A DNA stretch of 64,000 nucleotides from Spirogloea muscicola (lineage: Eukaryota). Made by a program: the position numbers and the translations under genes. Below are positions 10,492-23,700 of this stretch, one piece after another. Location of the stretch: contig WELB01000018.1 in assembly GCA_009602725.1 (NCBI GenBank), positions 177,802-241,801 on the forward strand. Reading direction: 5' to 3'. The notes below the pieces were generated by a model. It was not told the DNA's origin. It saw only the letters and a program-made list of their open reading frames with translations, and did not search any database. Position 1 is the stretch's first letter, and each line of letters opens with the position of its first letter.

Positions 10492-13400
10492 TTACTCATA
10501 CTCATGGCCAGCCACAGCAACATTCCCGCCCTCCTCATTCTTGTCCGGTTGCTTGCCCCGCCGCTTGGCACCTCCACTCTTTGTTTCCTTGGCACCAGCA
10601 GCCTCCTCCTCTTTGCTGACTGTCACTTCCTCCTCCTTTCGCGGGTTTGCATCTGTGTATGGCTTGTAGACAACATTGATATGCACCTGGCCTCTCACCT
10701 TGCTCTCTGGATCCTTGGGGTCACTCTTGAGGTCCAGCCACATGTCCGCTGGCATGTCGGGCTGAACCTGCAGAATTGCAAGATTGCTCGAGCAGGTGAG
10801 AGCTGGCCATATGGAGTCGCAATCAAACATGACGTGTTAATTACAAATTTGGCGGCCCTCCATAGCTTTGCATAGCCGAATTGAACTCCGGCGAAGCGAG
10901 TCTGCATTGTTGTTCAGCAGAGAAACATGGCCGCGCAAGTAGGTAGCAAACATTGCAACCAAATCGATGTGCTTACCTGTGACAGTGGCAGTGTCGCAAT
11001 GCCAATCATCTCTGCCCTCTCCACCCGCTCATCGTCCATCATGCGGATGGTCAGGCACTGCGACTCAAGGTCTTCGGCCTGCCAGAAGCAAGTTAGTGGT
11101 CTCAGCGTCTCTCAGTAGAAAGATGTTGTGGCAGGTTATCTATGTGAGTCGCAAACACATGCTCGCCAGTCAGTGCGCAAGTGGAAGAGCGAGGAGCCGA
11201 GGAGGTCACAGACCTCCACAAAGAAGCCCTCGTTCCAAGTCGGAGTCTGGTTCTTGTGCTTGGTGGTGCTGCGCTTGATCTTCCCCTGCTTCTGGCGCAC
11301 ATAGATAAGGGCATATGGATCGCAGCTCCCAATGATGTCGGTCTTGGGAAGCCCCCTTGCCTCAATAAGGGTGACATCAAGCCGCCCAACAGGCCTCAGC
11401 TCCAGCCACCTGCAACAGCGTGTACTTTTCTTTCATATTGAGCAGCAACCGAGCACTGCAAGAGACTTCCATCCATTAACAACGTCGGCTGCCTCATCCA
11501 TAACACTGCATATGAACCAACAGTCATGGGCTGGGTTGTTTTCTCACTTGTAGTCGCCAGGCACAATGGGCACCACGATGCGGTTCGGGTACACCAGCAT
11601 GTCCTCGACTGCGGTTCTGATAATGTTCTGCATGGCCACCAAAGCTCACAAGACTGCTCAGAAAGCAACAACATTCCAAGCCTTTGTTGCGCAGAAGGCA
11701 AAGAATGGCAGACTGGTGAGCCACCGGCTATGCTGAACTCTCTGGCCAACATTGACAAGCAATGCATTTAGTCAAGGTCAGTACTCACATCAATGAGGCC
11801 GTCCAGCCCAGGCAGTCCGGCAAGATTCCCGCCAAGGACATCAAAGTCAAATTCCACAAGCGGCTGCTCAAGACAGTAGCACCCATGACCAGATAGTGAG
11901 CACTGTTAGCATGAATACCGGGGGAGCAAGCTGCGACTTGACCAATGAGCGCCAACTTATTTTCTGATGATCGTTAACAGATGAGCGCCTACTGTCTCTT
12001 GGCAGTAAATTTGGTGCTCGGAGAGCAGATACCGGCTTGCCCTAGACAGCACTTTGACAGGACTGGACCTGAACAGTCACTCAATGCTTGTGACAAAGCT
12101 GATTCGTAACATTCAAAAGGCATGGCATTGATAGTCAAGCCGCAGCTCAAGACAGCCTGCAGTGGGTGGGAGTGCATCTGCATCAGCTGGCCTCACCGAC
12201 TCGCGCAGAGACACAAGGATGGCGCCGATGCCAGGCATGTGCTCGGTGAGGGGCTTGAAGGCAAGGCGCAGCACGCCATAGAGCCGGATGTCTTTGAGCT
12301 TCACTGTGAAGTCGGGGCCTACGAGGGTGTCCAGCGCCAGCACAGCCTTCTGGTCCCGCCCCTGTCGCCAGTCCACCATCAGCTCCATCACAATCTCGTC
12401 AGGGCCTGCCTTCAGGATCTTCACACCTGCACACGTAACAGGAAGGGTAAAGCATTAGCAGCTGGCCAAGACAGAGCAATGCCAACATCATAACTTGGAG
12501 TGCCAAAGGCTTGTGGGGAAGCTCTGTTACTGACCGTCGATACGGGGCCCATGGTTACCAAGCGTTACACTCTTGAGCTTCATCTTGGCGATGACGCCCA
12601 TCTTGTACTGGTCCAAGATCGGCTGCACCGTATTCATGAGCAACTCCGACGCCGCCCTGTTGACAAAGGGCCAAATCTTGATGATGAACACGTTGAGCCA
12701 CTTGAGCTGCAGCCATGTGAAAAGCCCACAAGCCAGCAATGTCAATGAGCAGTCAGCGGCAGCATCCAGCATCCATAGGCTGAGTCCTGTAACACCCTCT
12801 TTTCTCTATTATAACTAACATAAAACCAGTCACGTATCTCTTAGCAGGCGCTACATATTAAGTAGTACAAAATGCTCAGCCTTCATCTTGATGGCATTGA
12901 TTACTAGTACTTTTGATGTAGCTCCTGAACTGTTTACAATCAGTACAGCGAGTGCTGGATGGCCAAAACAGACTGCAACTTGCCTTGTCGTACTCGGGGA
13001 AGTTGATCCAGCTCGGCAGATTCTTCATCTTGAGCAGCGTCTCAATGTCTTCCCGCTTCAACGTTGCCAGCTGCTCACGCCTCACCGCCTGCAACCACGC
13101 GCATCAATGGTTGCAGCTGAGGAAATCTGCCGAGCCCAAGAAGGGGCATCAACTCAACTGCGAACGTGTCAGACATGTTCAAAGGAGCAAACATATGCAT
13201 AAGCGCCGAGTAGTGTTGCAGTGTAGCTCACCCGTCGGTAGCGGACGCGGCGCCGGTGGCCCTGCATGAGGAAGTGGAGGAGCATGACGGCGACGCCAGT
13301 GATGACGCCCAGTATGATCTGCAGCGTGAAGCTGACGCCCGAGATCCAGTAGAGGCCCGACAGCACGGTGGGCGCCGCGCCGAGCGTGCCGGCGAGCACA

Positions 13401-14589
13401 AAGAACTTCGTCTCCTGGTACACCTCCTTGGCCACGACCATGGGGTCGAACGCCGCCGACCCCGTAGGCTCGTCTGGCACGTTGCCTCCCGCCGGTGCTG
13501 GAGCGCCGCCCGTTGCTGCTGGAGCGCCCGCTGCTGCCGCGCCCGGAGCGACTACTGGCGCCCTGGGGTCCCTGGGGTCCACGGGCACGGGGACGCCGCC
13601 GCTGCTGAGCGCATAGCGGTTAGCGACTCCCGGTGGCAATGGGCGCGCCTCGCGCTGCTGGCCTGGGAGAGGCGGCCCCGCCTCTGCCAGACCTGGACCA
13701 CCCGGCGCTGGGGCCATCGGGCTTCTGTTGCCACCGCTCGGGGTCGCAGCGCTCGACTGCGGAGCGCTGGAGGTGCGGCCCTGGCGCCAGGCTTTGTCAG
13801 CGCCATCGGAGGCCACGCCGCGGCGGCTCGGCATGTCCGTCGGCGCCGAGGGCCGGCGCTGGGCCTCCACGATGTGGTGCTCTTCGGCGTCCAGGTAGCC
13901 TGCGCCCGTGACGCCAACTGCCGATGCCAGCGCGCCCGGCACTGCCGCTACGGCGCCCATGACGCCGCCGCGGCGGTCGTTGCCGCCGTCGGTGTCGCCG
14001 GTGCTCGGCGCGTCCTTCTGAGCACCTCCCACCCCGCCCTGCGGAGGCGGAGCCCCGCCCCCGACGTCGCTGTTGGGGCCGGGCGTCTGGTTTCCATCGC
14101 GGCCGCCGTCGCCCGACGGGCGGCCCGGCTCGGCAAGCTGGTCCGAGCCGAAGCTCTGGATGCTGGCCTTGGGGACGCCCGCATTGTTGCCGGGGCCGCT
14201 GCCGATGCCGCTGTTGTACTGGTCTCCCTGCTGCGACGGCGGCGCTGACTGCGGGTAGCCGCCCTGAGGGAGCTGCTGCTGCTGCATCTGCGGCGGCGGC
14301 GCGGCCAGGCCGTCGACGGGGCGGAGGCGCGCCTCGGGGCCGTCGGGCACGGGCTTGGTCAGCGGCACGAGGCTGTCGGCGGGGCCGGTGGGCGACGCCG
14401 GCGACCGCGCCATGTTGTCGCCGTTCCTCCTCGCCAGAAAGCTGCTGCCGTCGTCGGCGGCCTTGGCGCCATAGCCGGTGTCCAGGACGAAGCCGGCGCG
14501 GTCGTGGCCAGACTTGCCGGCGAGCTCGCCGGCGCCTCCGCCGCCGGCCTGCGCGGGCTTGACTAGCTGCGCGCCCTGCGGCGGCGGCG
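10492..14589 (-). CDS. Synaptotagmin / extended-synaptotagmin-like SMP + C2 lipid-transfer protein; start lost in gap 14590-15468
   Basis: Long Pro/Gly-rich N-terminal ORF, then a hydrophobic anchor (FFVLAGTLG..IILGVITGVAVMLLHFL). SMP exons: LPSWINFPEYDK|LKWLNVFIIKIWPFVNRA..VTLGNHGPRIDG..LRLAFKPLTEHMPGIGAILVSL..LPGLDGLID..VYPNRIVVPI. C2 exons: PVGRLDVTLIEARGLPKTDIIGSCDPYA..NQTPTWNE..MWLDL..RGQVHINVVYKPY. The stop at 10492 is tentative. Confidence 0.88.
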
Positions 14590-15468
14590 NNNNNNNNNNN
14601 NNNNNNNNNNNNNNNNNNNNNNNNNNNNNNNNNNNNNNNNNNNNNNNNNNNNNNNNNNNNNNNNNNNNNNNNNNNNNNNNNNNNNNNNNNNNNNNNNNNN
14701 NNNNNNNNNNNNNNNNNNNNNNNNNNNNNNNNNNNNNNNNNNNNNNNNNNNNNNNNNNNNNNNNNNNNNNNNNNNNNNNNNNNNNNNNNNNNNNNNNNNN
14801 NNNNNNNNNNNNNNNNNNNNNNNNNNNNNNNNNNNNNNNNNNNNNNNNNNNNNNNNNNNNNNNNNNNNNNNNNNNNNNNNNNNNNNNNNNNNNNNNNNNN
14901 NNNNNNNNNNNNNNNNNNNNNNNNNNNNNNNNNNNNNNNNNNNNNNNNNNNNNNNNNNNNNNNNNNNNNNNNNNNNNNNNNNNNNNNNNNNNNNNNNNNN
15001 NNNNNNNNNNNNNNNNNNNNNNNNNNNNNNNNNNNNNNNNNNNNNNNNNNNNNNNNNNNNNNNNNNNNNNNNNNNNNNNNNNNNNNNNNNNNNNNNNNNN
15101 NNNNNNNNNNNNNNNNNNNNNNNNNNNNNNNNNNNNNNNNNNNNNNNNNNNNNNNNNNNNNNNNNNNNNNNNNNNNNNNNNNNNNNNNNNNNNNNNNNNN
15201 NNNNNNNNNNNNNNNNNNNNNNNNNNNNNNNNNNNNNNNNNNNNNNNNNNNNNNNNNNNNNNNNNNNNNNNNNNNNNNNNNNNNNNNNNNNNNNNNNNNN
15301 NNNNNNNNNNNNNNNNNNNNNNNNNNNNNNNNNNNNNNNNNNNNNNNNNNNNNNNNNNNNNNNNNNNNNNNNNNNNNNNNNNNNNNNNNNNNNNNNNNNN
15401 NNNNNNNNNNNNNNNNNNNNNNNNNNNNNNNNNNNNNNNNNNNNNNNNNNNNNNNNNNNNNNNNNNNN
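14590..15468. other. Assembly gap (N run)
   Basis: N run flanked by (GCG/GCC)n tracts on both sides. Confidence 0.95.
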
Positions 15469-15790
15469 GCCGCCGCCGCCGCCGCCACCATTGCCAGCGC
15501 CGCCGCCGCCGCCGCCGCCGCCGCTACTACCATTGCCAGCGCCGCCGCGAGCTCTGCGCCAGGCGAGGCTGTCCACGGGAAGTCTTGCGGGAGTTGCTGC
15601 GGCGCCGTGCGGCGAGGGTTGCCAGGCAGGCTGATCCCGCCCCCGCCGCCGTCTCGGCCAGGACGCGCGGGCAGCGGGCCCGCCGCCGCCGCTTCTCCGG
15701 AGGCCGGGCCCGCTGCCGCGACGCGCGCCAGCGGAGTCCTGCTAGCCAGGAGCGCGGAGCTCGGCGGCGCAGGCCCGCGGCGCGGCAGGC

Positions 15791-16781
15791 ATGGCGTCGG
15801 TGGGGTCGAGCCCGCAGTGGATCGACGGGCTCAAGGACGTGTGGCGCGACAAGTGGGGCGCCGGCATGGGCGCGCTCTGCCCCTGCGTCCTCTTCGCCCA
15901 AAACGTCTTCAAGCTCTCCGACGGCGAGGAGTCCTTCTACAAGTCAGTGCCGCCCCTCTTCCGCCGCCTCTAAGAACGCGCTCCCCGTCCTTCGAAAGCC
16001 CACCAGGAGATGGAGCTAGTGCACCTACATCCATAGCACACGAGGATGCCAGGAGGACTCGCTTGCGGTCGCATGTAAACGGGGCCTCTTCGCCGCGCAG
16101 TGTGCGCTGTTTGTGCAGCTAGTGCAGAGTCACCTTGCCCTTGCCCTGGCTTCCAGTCGTTAGCTCTTAGCGCTGCGACAGGGATGATGCTTGTGGTGCT
16201 ATGACAGTTGTCTAATGAAGTCAGTCTGTCTAATAAAAATTTTGCTTTCTACCTGCCGCGTCTACCCTCTGGCAGGGCCTGTTTGATGCATGCACTCCTG
16301 GGTGGCGTCTGGGGCACGGCGCTGTGCTGCGTGATCGGGCCCGTGGGCTACCTGTTCACATGCGTGCCGTGCTACGCCGCCAAGTACCGCAAGCGCCTGC
16401 GCGACAAGTACGGCCTGCCGGAGCTCCCCATGACCGACCTCAAGACGCACTTCCTCTGCCACCCCTGCGCTCTCTGCCAGGTGTGAACCTCCGGCCCCAC
16501 CCTGCCCCCCACTCGCTCCTTCGTACATAGGCCTCGAGGCCAGAGGCACGCCGATTGTGGCCCTTGCGCCAAGTCAGTGGCAAGTACGCATTGTTGGGCG
16601 CGCCAAAGTCGGCCTCCTGATGATGCTTGTGGCGCCGTCGCGCTTCGCTGGCTGTGTGCAGGAGTACCGTCAGCTGTCAGCGGGCAGCACGGAGGTGGTG
16701 CGCGGTCCGACCAAGGCGACGATCGACCGCCATCCGCCGGAGACAGAGGAGCACCTCAAGAAGCAGACCATGGACAGATGA
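15791..16781 (+). CDS. PLAC8-family Cys-rich protein (PCR / cell-number-regulator-like), 3 exons
   Basis: Exons 15791-15942 (W..GL..ALCPCVLFAQNV), 16276-16480 (CYAAKYRKRLRDKYGLPE.P..DLKTHFLCHPCALCQ), 16662-16781 (EYRQL..). Shows the PLAC8 motifs CPC and HxxCxxCALCQExR. Confidence 0.92.
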
Positions 16782-17715
16782 ATGCTGTGACTGGCGACTG
16801 GCAATAGGCAACACAGTTGGGCTGCCTCTTATTTAATAAGAAACGCCACTGTCGCATGGTTGTGTAGCCCCCATTGCTTGAGTCGTGCATCATGACTGGC
16901 ATGGCTGGCCTCCCATGCCCTAATGTATTGCTAACTAACTCAATACTGGGTTTGTCTCGACAACTTTTAACAAGCGATTATCGCAGGTCATCTATCTTTG
17001 CTGATGAGGTCGAGCATGCCAATGTGCATGCATTGTCCAACTTCGATTCCACTTTGTGTGAGCTGTACTTGGTGCTTGACCACACTCTGCCCCTCCGCTT
17101 GAGGCAACTCTCGTTTGGGCGTGCAGCAAGGGCAAAAGTACTCGCGTTAGAAAACCTGTTCAACTGACTGTTTGCGCCCATGACCAGGAAGGGATTGAAT
17201 GCAAGGAATTATGACAATTTCACAAATGCGCCCAGTCCACTGGACTCCGAGGACTGATGCGAATGGCCTACAAATAGAGCCCTCGTAGACACTTGATTAA
17301 ACACTCGTTAACCACTCAATCACAAGTAGCATGTCAAGTACAATCTCAACAGCACCAGAATGTAAGAACGCCTTCTCATTGTGCCAGGCAGAGTTGCGAC
17401 TGCCACTCCCCTAGGAGTGTCGCTCAGATTGTTAAATGAGGCTGGCAAAGGCAGTGCTGCTGTGCTGCCTTACATGCTGTCAATATCGAAACGATGCTAC
17501 ATCAGGTAGCAAATACAGGTAAGGAAAGAGTTCACAATCACGTACTAAGTGCCACCGGCACCTACAGGAGGTTTGAGAAGTACAGCAATTATTGCAAACA
17601 GGGAAACTGCCAGTCATTCAATCCCAAGTACAAGCTGGGATTCTGTGACCAAGCGGAGCATGATACAACTGAAGGGAGTTGGCAAAGGGTGGCGCTACTC
17701 CAGAAACTGAAATTT

Positions 17716-20700
17716 CTAAGCGGCGAGCTTGCCCAGGCTGCTCATGTGCAGGAACTTGATATCGAAAGTGTCAGCCAGCTCAACGATTCCCTCCTGGTTG
17801 TTGATGTTCTTCAGCTTCCCATATGACCCCCGCAGATCGCCTGACATGATCCGGATGCGGTCCCCCTTCTTGGGCATCACCAACGTGAGGTCTGCATGCG
17901 ATGCCGTCACCACCGCACCTTCGCCCCAGGCGCCGAGTGCCAGCAAGAAGCTCCCATCCTGTGACATGACAATCAGCAGAAACGTAAGTGTCACTTCTGC
18001 AGGTATTGGAGGCTGTGTATACGCGCAGGAAAGCTGACCGCTGGCCATTTGCTTAACACACAAACTAAATCAACAGGTTGGCCTACTGCAATAGCCGCCA
18101 CCATTGGCGGTTACCACCGAGACGTAAGCAACAGCAGACTAGCCGTAATATCCACGACCCTTCACGCTGCTATGCTGCATCTCAGCAACGAGAGGCTCAC
18201 TGGTAATGACTCCTTGATTACAGCCAGTGATTCGTCGCCCTGCCGCCGAACAGTCACGATGACGTCAGGGAGGCCCCAGGCGGGCCCGCCTGCAACAACA
18301 GCGAGTAGGCGGAAGCACCCCACCAGCAGCAGCAATCAGTGAAACAGCATATTCAGAATGAGCCCAAAAGACACTCACTGCTGGATTGCCTAGCCTTGCG
18401 ATGTCATTGAGCTCGTGTTCCAGTTTGTGACAGCCATGCCAAATGTGCAGCAGCAGCTGCATCTACCATGCACGCGAGCTGAGGTGGTTTGTTGTCAGTT
18501 GTGCATCTGGAATCATAGATGGGTTAAGGATGAAGCAGCAGCCTAGCTGCCAACCAAGCATACCTGCACCGTCACCGTAATGATCTCCAGGCGTCATGGG
18601 CTGGCCACCTGGGGTTGACGGGTACGCGCCTGGAGTCATGGGCTGCCCACCCCCTCCCGGCGTCCCTGGAAGGTATGGTGACGGGCTCGGCGCATTTCCT
18701 GCTAGGTAATGCATCCACTTCCTTATGGGCTGAGAAACTTAGATTATGTATACGTGCAACTCGTACTGTGCACAATCAAGTGCAAGGGCCTGTCCTCATG
18801 CAGTCCTGTATTGCAGCAAGGGCCACAGTGAAGGTCGCAGAAGCGGGTCTACACGTTTGAGCAGCTCGAGAGGTCCAGGGCAGACCTCCGTAAGGCGTGT
18901 TGGCGTCGTAGGGGTTGCTGGCATCATTGAACGAGGTGCCAGCTGCTCCTCCACCAGGTGTCCACCCGCCGCCTGGCGTTGGCGCCTCATACATCCGACC
19001 GCCAGGTGTTCCAGGCTGACGCAATACAGGCCAAAGCCAGGTCAGTGCATGTATTAGAGGAGCTTGAGCACTGCTTAAGCACTGCAATTGCATCTCACAA
19101 TATCAGGGTTGTGTTTCCCGCTAGCACCCACTAACAGGTTCCACAAAATTGGTATATATGCCTGAGAGCAGATATAGGTGACTGAGGTCTTATACACATC
19201 GACATTTGTATCTACACATTTCTTTAGAGGTGCCAAGCGACTAAAGGTCAGCAACTTTGCTTTGGTGGACGGTTGTTGCGTCCCCTTCACCTGCTTGCCG
19301 CTGCCATCCTGAGGGGTGCCAGCCTGCTCAGTGGGCGAGAACGGCGTGTAGGCAACATAGCCGCCGCCGCTGCTGCCGCCCGGCGTCCCAGCATTGTAAG
19401 CACCTGGCGTGCTCGCCGCATAACCCGAGCTGGTTGGATTAGGCGCCTGCCAAGTGGAGGGGTCGGCCTCGTCCCATAATGTGGTGCCCGTGTCAGTGTT
19501 GCTCCTGGGGCGCCACAATTTCATTATGTCAAGGTTAGACAAAAGGTTAGACAACAGAGACAATGTAAGACTGGAGATCTATCAAGCGTATGCACCAGGA
19601 CAGGGATTTATCCCGCCTCGGTGTCAGCACAGCAGTCCTCAGCTCTCATAGCTGAATGCCTCCAAGTACAGCTTTATCGGCAGGTCGTGCCTTGTAAGTT
19701 TTGCTGGGGCAATATGGTGAGGCTCTTGTAGAGCAATTCGTGAGGCCTTCTGGTCTGTAAAATCTGATCTGAGAGGCTTGTGATGGATTTGATGACTGAT
19801 CAAGCTCTGAGGAAAGATGTCTGTTTGGGGTTTTGTGGGGTTGGAATATAGGGTGGGGTGACTTGTGCAGGCACGACCCGCCACTGCAGTCAGGCTAGTC
19901 CGTTGCATCACTGGACGTGCTATGTGATCACACATCCTAACGTGCGTATACTACGGAAATTCACTCATCCATTCTTGCACAAAATTCCACAAGTGAAAAA
20001 TGCACAAGAGCAGGACAACTCAATTCGGAGACCACCGGGAACCTTCAGAGGTAGCGGAGGGGAGGCTCGACCTGATGGGAGTCATCGGTGTCTGGGGATT
20101 CCAAGCACGGTCGCGCATCGGCGTCCGCATGCCGTCATGCATTGGCGTGGCTGCGGTTTCATGGCAACAGCTCTCATATCAGCAACCAGAGGGAACGAGA
20201 GAGCCAAATGCAGTATGCAACTGACGTGTATAGCACCCAACTTGTGCTTGGCTGACAAAAAGCACGCTGTCTTTCACCCCTACACACATAGATCGATTGA
20301 AGACATTGTGTTACAAGTAGCATGCAATTCAGCACAACAATGGCAACCCAGGTTTAGTGCAGACCAGTGGAGTCGCGGAGCGGGGTGGCCATGTAGTTGT
20401 GCATGGGGGTGCGGGAAGGGTGGTGCGGCGTTTGATCATATGAAGGCGACTCTCTGGCAGAAGAAAGAGAAAGCAATACATTAAGTGTCAGAACTCAAGA
20501 TCCAAACATTCATATGCGCAAGGACCATCCATCAATACAGAGAGACAGACGAAAGTTGCGACTTAGTGGTGCAACTGTTGGTCCCGAGACTCCATCCTGT
20601 AGTGTCAGCTCAGACTTCTCTTTCTGAACCTGAAGCCAAAGCCTTGAAGCTTCGTACAGCGCCTGTTGTCAAGCCTACGTCTGGTGACACTATCATCCTC

Positions 20701-23700
20701 CAAGCTTAACATCCATACTAGGCTTGGCACCTCCATGGACGAGATTGAGCTATCTACCCCAGAATGGACAACCAAGGTGACTCAATACCTCGCCATGGCA
20801 CAGCAAGCAGCACCTTCCCATCTTACCTGACCATGCTGAATGAATTTTGCATCGACTCCGTGTCAGGCAACTGATTCAACCTCACTGAAAGAAAATATGC
20901 ACATGGTGACATCAACAATGTCAGAAACCAACAGATTTGCAGATCAGTAAGGCTGGCCTACCATAGTGACTGAAGAGAGATTGCATGATGATCAAATCTG
21001 AAGGGACAACTGAGATGGTGAGGATGAAGGCAAGCTTATATTCTCCAAGGAAGGCGGTTAACAGAGGCATGGTGGTGCTTACCTGTGACGACCTTCATCT
21101 GGGACTCGAGCTCCACACGAGCAGTGGTGTCAGTGGCGTCTACCACGCGGCCTTTGTAGCTCTTGTATGGGCCTGCCTTGATGCGCACTATCTTGCCCAC
21201 AAGCCCACTGTCCCGCCGCTGCCCATGCCGCCCACCGCCAAACATGCCTACACCATGACAGCAGAGTATTTGGTGTCCCAATAAAGTTAGTGGGGAGACT
21301 ACTGGCAGATGTGTGAGCGCCACATGCTCAAGTGCCTGTGACCGCCAATGGCTGCACATGCTAACAGGTGCTGCAGTCCAGAAGGAGACAGCCTCGATTG
21401 CAAACCTGGTCCCGGCAGCATCCTGCCCGGGGCGTTGCGGCGGGGCGACTGGAGGAGGTGCGAGGGACTCCGGAGCACGTTGAGCATGGCCGGCGGCTGA
21501 GGCTTCTGCATGACGGTGGAAGACCACAACACAAGCAAGCATGGCAGCGTGGGCTCAGAGCTTCAAGGGCAGGATATGCTGTCCTCAGCTCTGCTGATTC
21601 CTTGCACAAATCAGGCAACCCCATTGTACTTCGCAGCGCTTACCTACATGGCTCCTACTATATTGCACATGGCAGCTTCTGCTCAAAAGGTTTACACAAC
21701 CTGTTAGCAACAGTAAACGACGTGTACTGTCTTACCCCTAAGTCGAGGCCCCTTGCACCTCCCCCAACGGCCTGGCACTTGAAAGGCGCGACACCAATGT
21801 ACCCGCCATTCTCAGTGTGGCTCCGGTCATGGATGAATAGCCAGTCGTTGTGTATGTGCTCAATAGGCCCTTGCTTCTCCTGCAAGGATTGGCCCAGCCA
21901 GAGCACTCAGAAAAATTGGACATGAGGACAAAGTGACCAACAATTGACTGACTTCCCCTTAATTGGTGTATGCTGAAGTCCCAGCTCTCAACTCTACAAT
22001 AGCCAGCTTACAGTAGACGGATGGACAGGCTTCGACAGGAGACCAATGACGTGATGTTGCCCTGACCTTGTAAGGGCCATCCACTATGCGCACTGGGTCC
22101 TTGATGCTCAGGCTCGCCATATTGCGGTCCTGCGCCTGATGCTGCCGGTCAAAGATCTTGCGCCGGATCTCCCGGAGATGCACAGCAGTCACCTCCTGAC
22201 GCTCCGACTTGCCCCTCAGGACCTGGCAAATGCCGCAAGTGTCTCAAGCGCGTCAAGGTGACATGTCGCTAGCAGTCAGCACGTGATACACCTCTGGGGC
22301 CAACAGCAAGAGCTAATGCAAGAGAAAATGTGGCGCATGCTTACCAAGCATCCATCCTTCTCCACCTTGACAATGAGCCCGAAATTTGATCGGCTGTCAC
22401 CAAGCAATACAGCACCTTCAGCTGGACCGTTAATCCCCTTCAAACCTTCAGCTGGACCTTGATGAGCTCTTCAAACAACTTCATCACAATCAGAATCAGA
22501 ACCAGGGAGATGAGAGACTTGAAAGCAAGTCTGCGACTGCACTGATTGTATAGGAGCACTAACTCGAGCGCAACAAGGTCGTGAAGCTCAAATTCGCCAA
22601 TGCGGGTCAAGCCGGACGCCACCTCCGAGCTCTCCACAATGTCCCTGGCGAGCACTTTTACCTGCCAACCACTCCTTTGGAGTTAAGCAAGAGTCATCTT
22701 ATTGACCTGGTCAGCACCGAATGTGCATCGAAGGGCTCATGTACTGCAGTCATATCAGGTACTTCCACTGCTCAGCATGAAAGACATGATGCATATGACA
22801 TGCAGCTCACTTGCTCACGAGTAGTGTCGGAGAGGACGACCACGACGGACTCCTGCACACTGACAAGCAGGCCCGAAGTACCATCGTGCTGGCCAGCAAT
22901 CACTTTTACATGATCCCCAATCTTGAAGAACTTCTTGAGCTGGTTGGCTTTCAATGGTATAAGGTCCTGGCAAGCAGACAGCAGGATCGTGCAAACTTCA
23001 GACCAAGAAGTTGTGCATTGGAGTTGCAGCAGGCTATCAGCTACATCCGCATGTGTGCATAGCTGGCTGGAGATGGTTAAAGCTACATCAAAGCAAGCTT
23101 GACCAGGATCTTGAGCCGCTGCTTGTGGCTGAAGAATCAGCAAAAAAGCTGACCTTAAGCTTTGTGTCCTTGGCGCGGATGGACACCATGTCGTTCTCCA
23201 CCTTCTCGACTGTGCCCATGAGACGCTTGAGGTCGCCCTCCACAACCTCCACCACGTCGCCCTTGATGAACTGGCCCCGCAGCTTCGTGGCAAGCCCGTT
23301 GACCAAGCCCAGGCTGAGCGGATCCTCAGAATCGCCGTCGGCGCCCGGGCGTTGGAACTTCTGGAGCTCGTCGAGCGTGGGGATGATGCCCTTGGTATCC
23401 AGCGTGCGCAGTGACAGCGTCTTGTAGAAGTAGCCATCCTTGAACCGCATTCCACAAAACTGCTCAAAGAGCTCGCCGGTCAGGGGGTCACGCTTCCTCT
23501 CCACCGGGATCCTCAGGTCCCTGCAAATGGAGGCACCTCCTCAGCGCAGGCACATACTTGACACAGACAACAACAAAGAGCATCGCAGAATAGAAGGCAC
23601 TCATTCAGCATAGGCTAGTCAGAAAGACCAAGGAAGCTGAGACATGACATGCCAGGCGGCGGCAGTAATCTGACAAATCCTTGGAACACAAGGTACTGAG

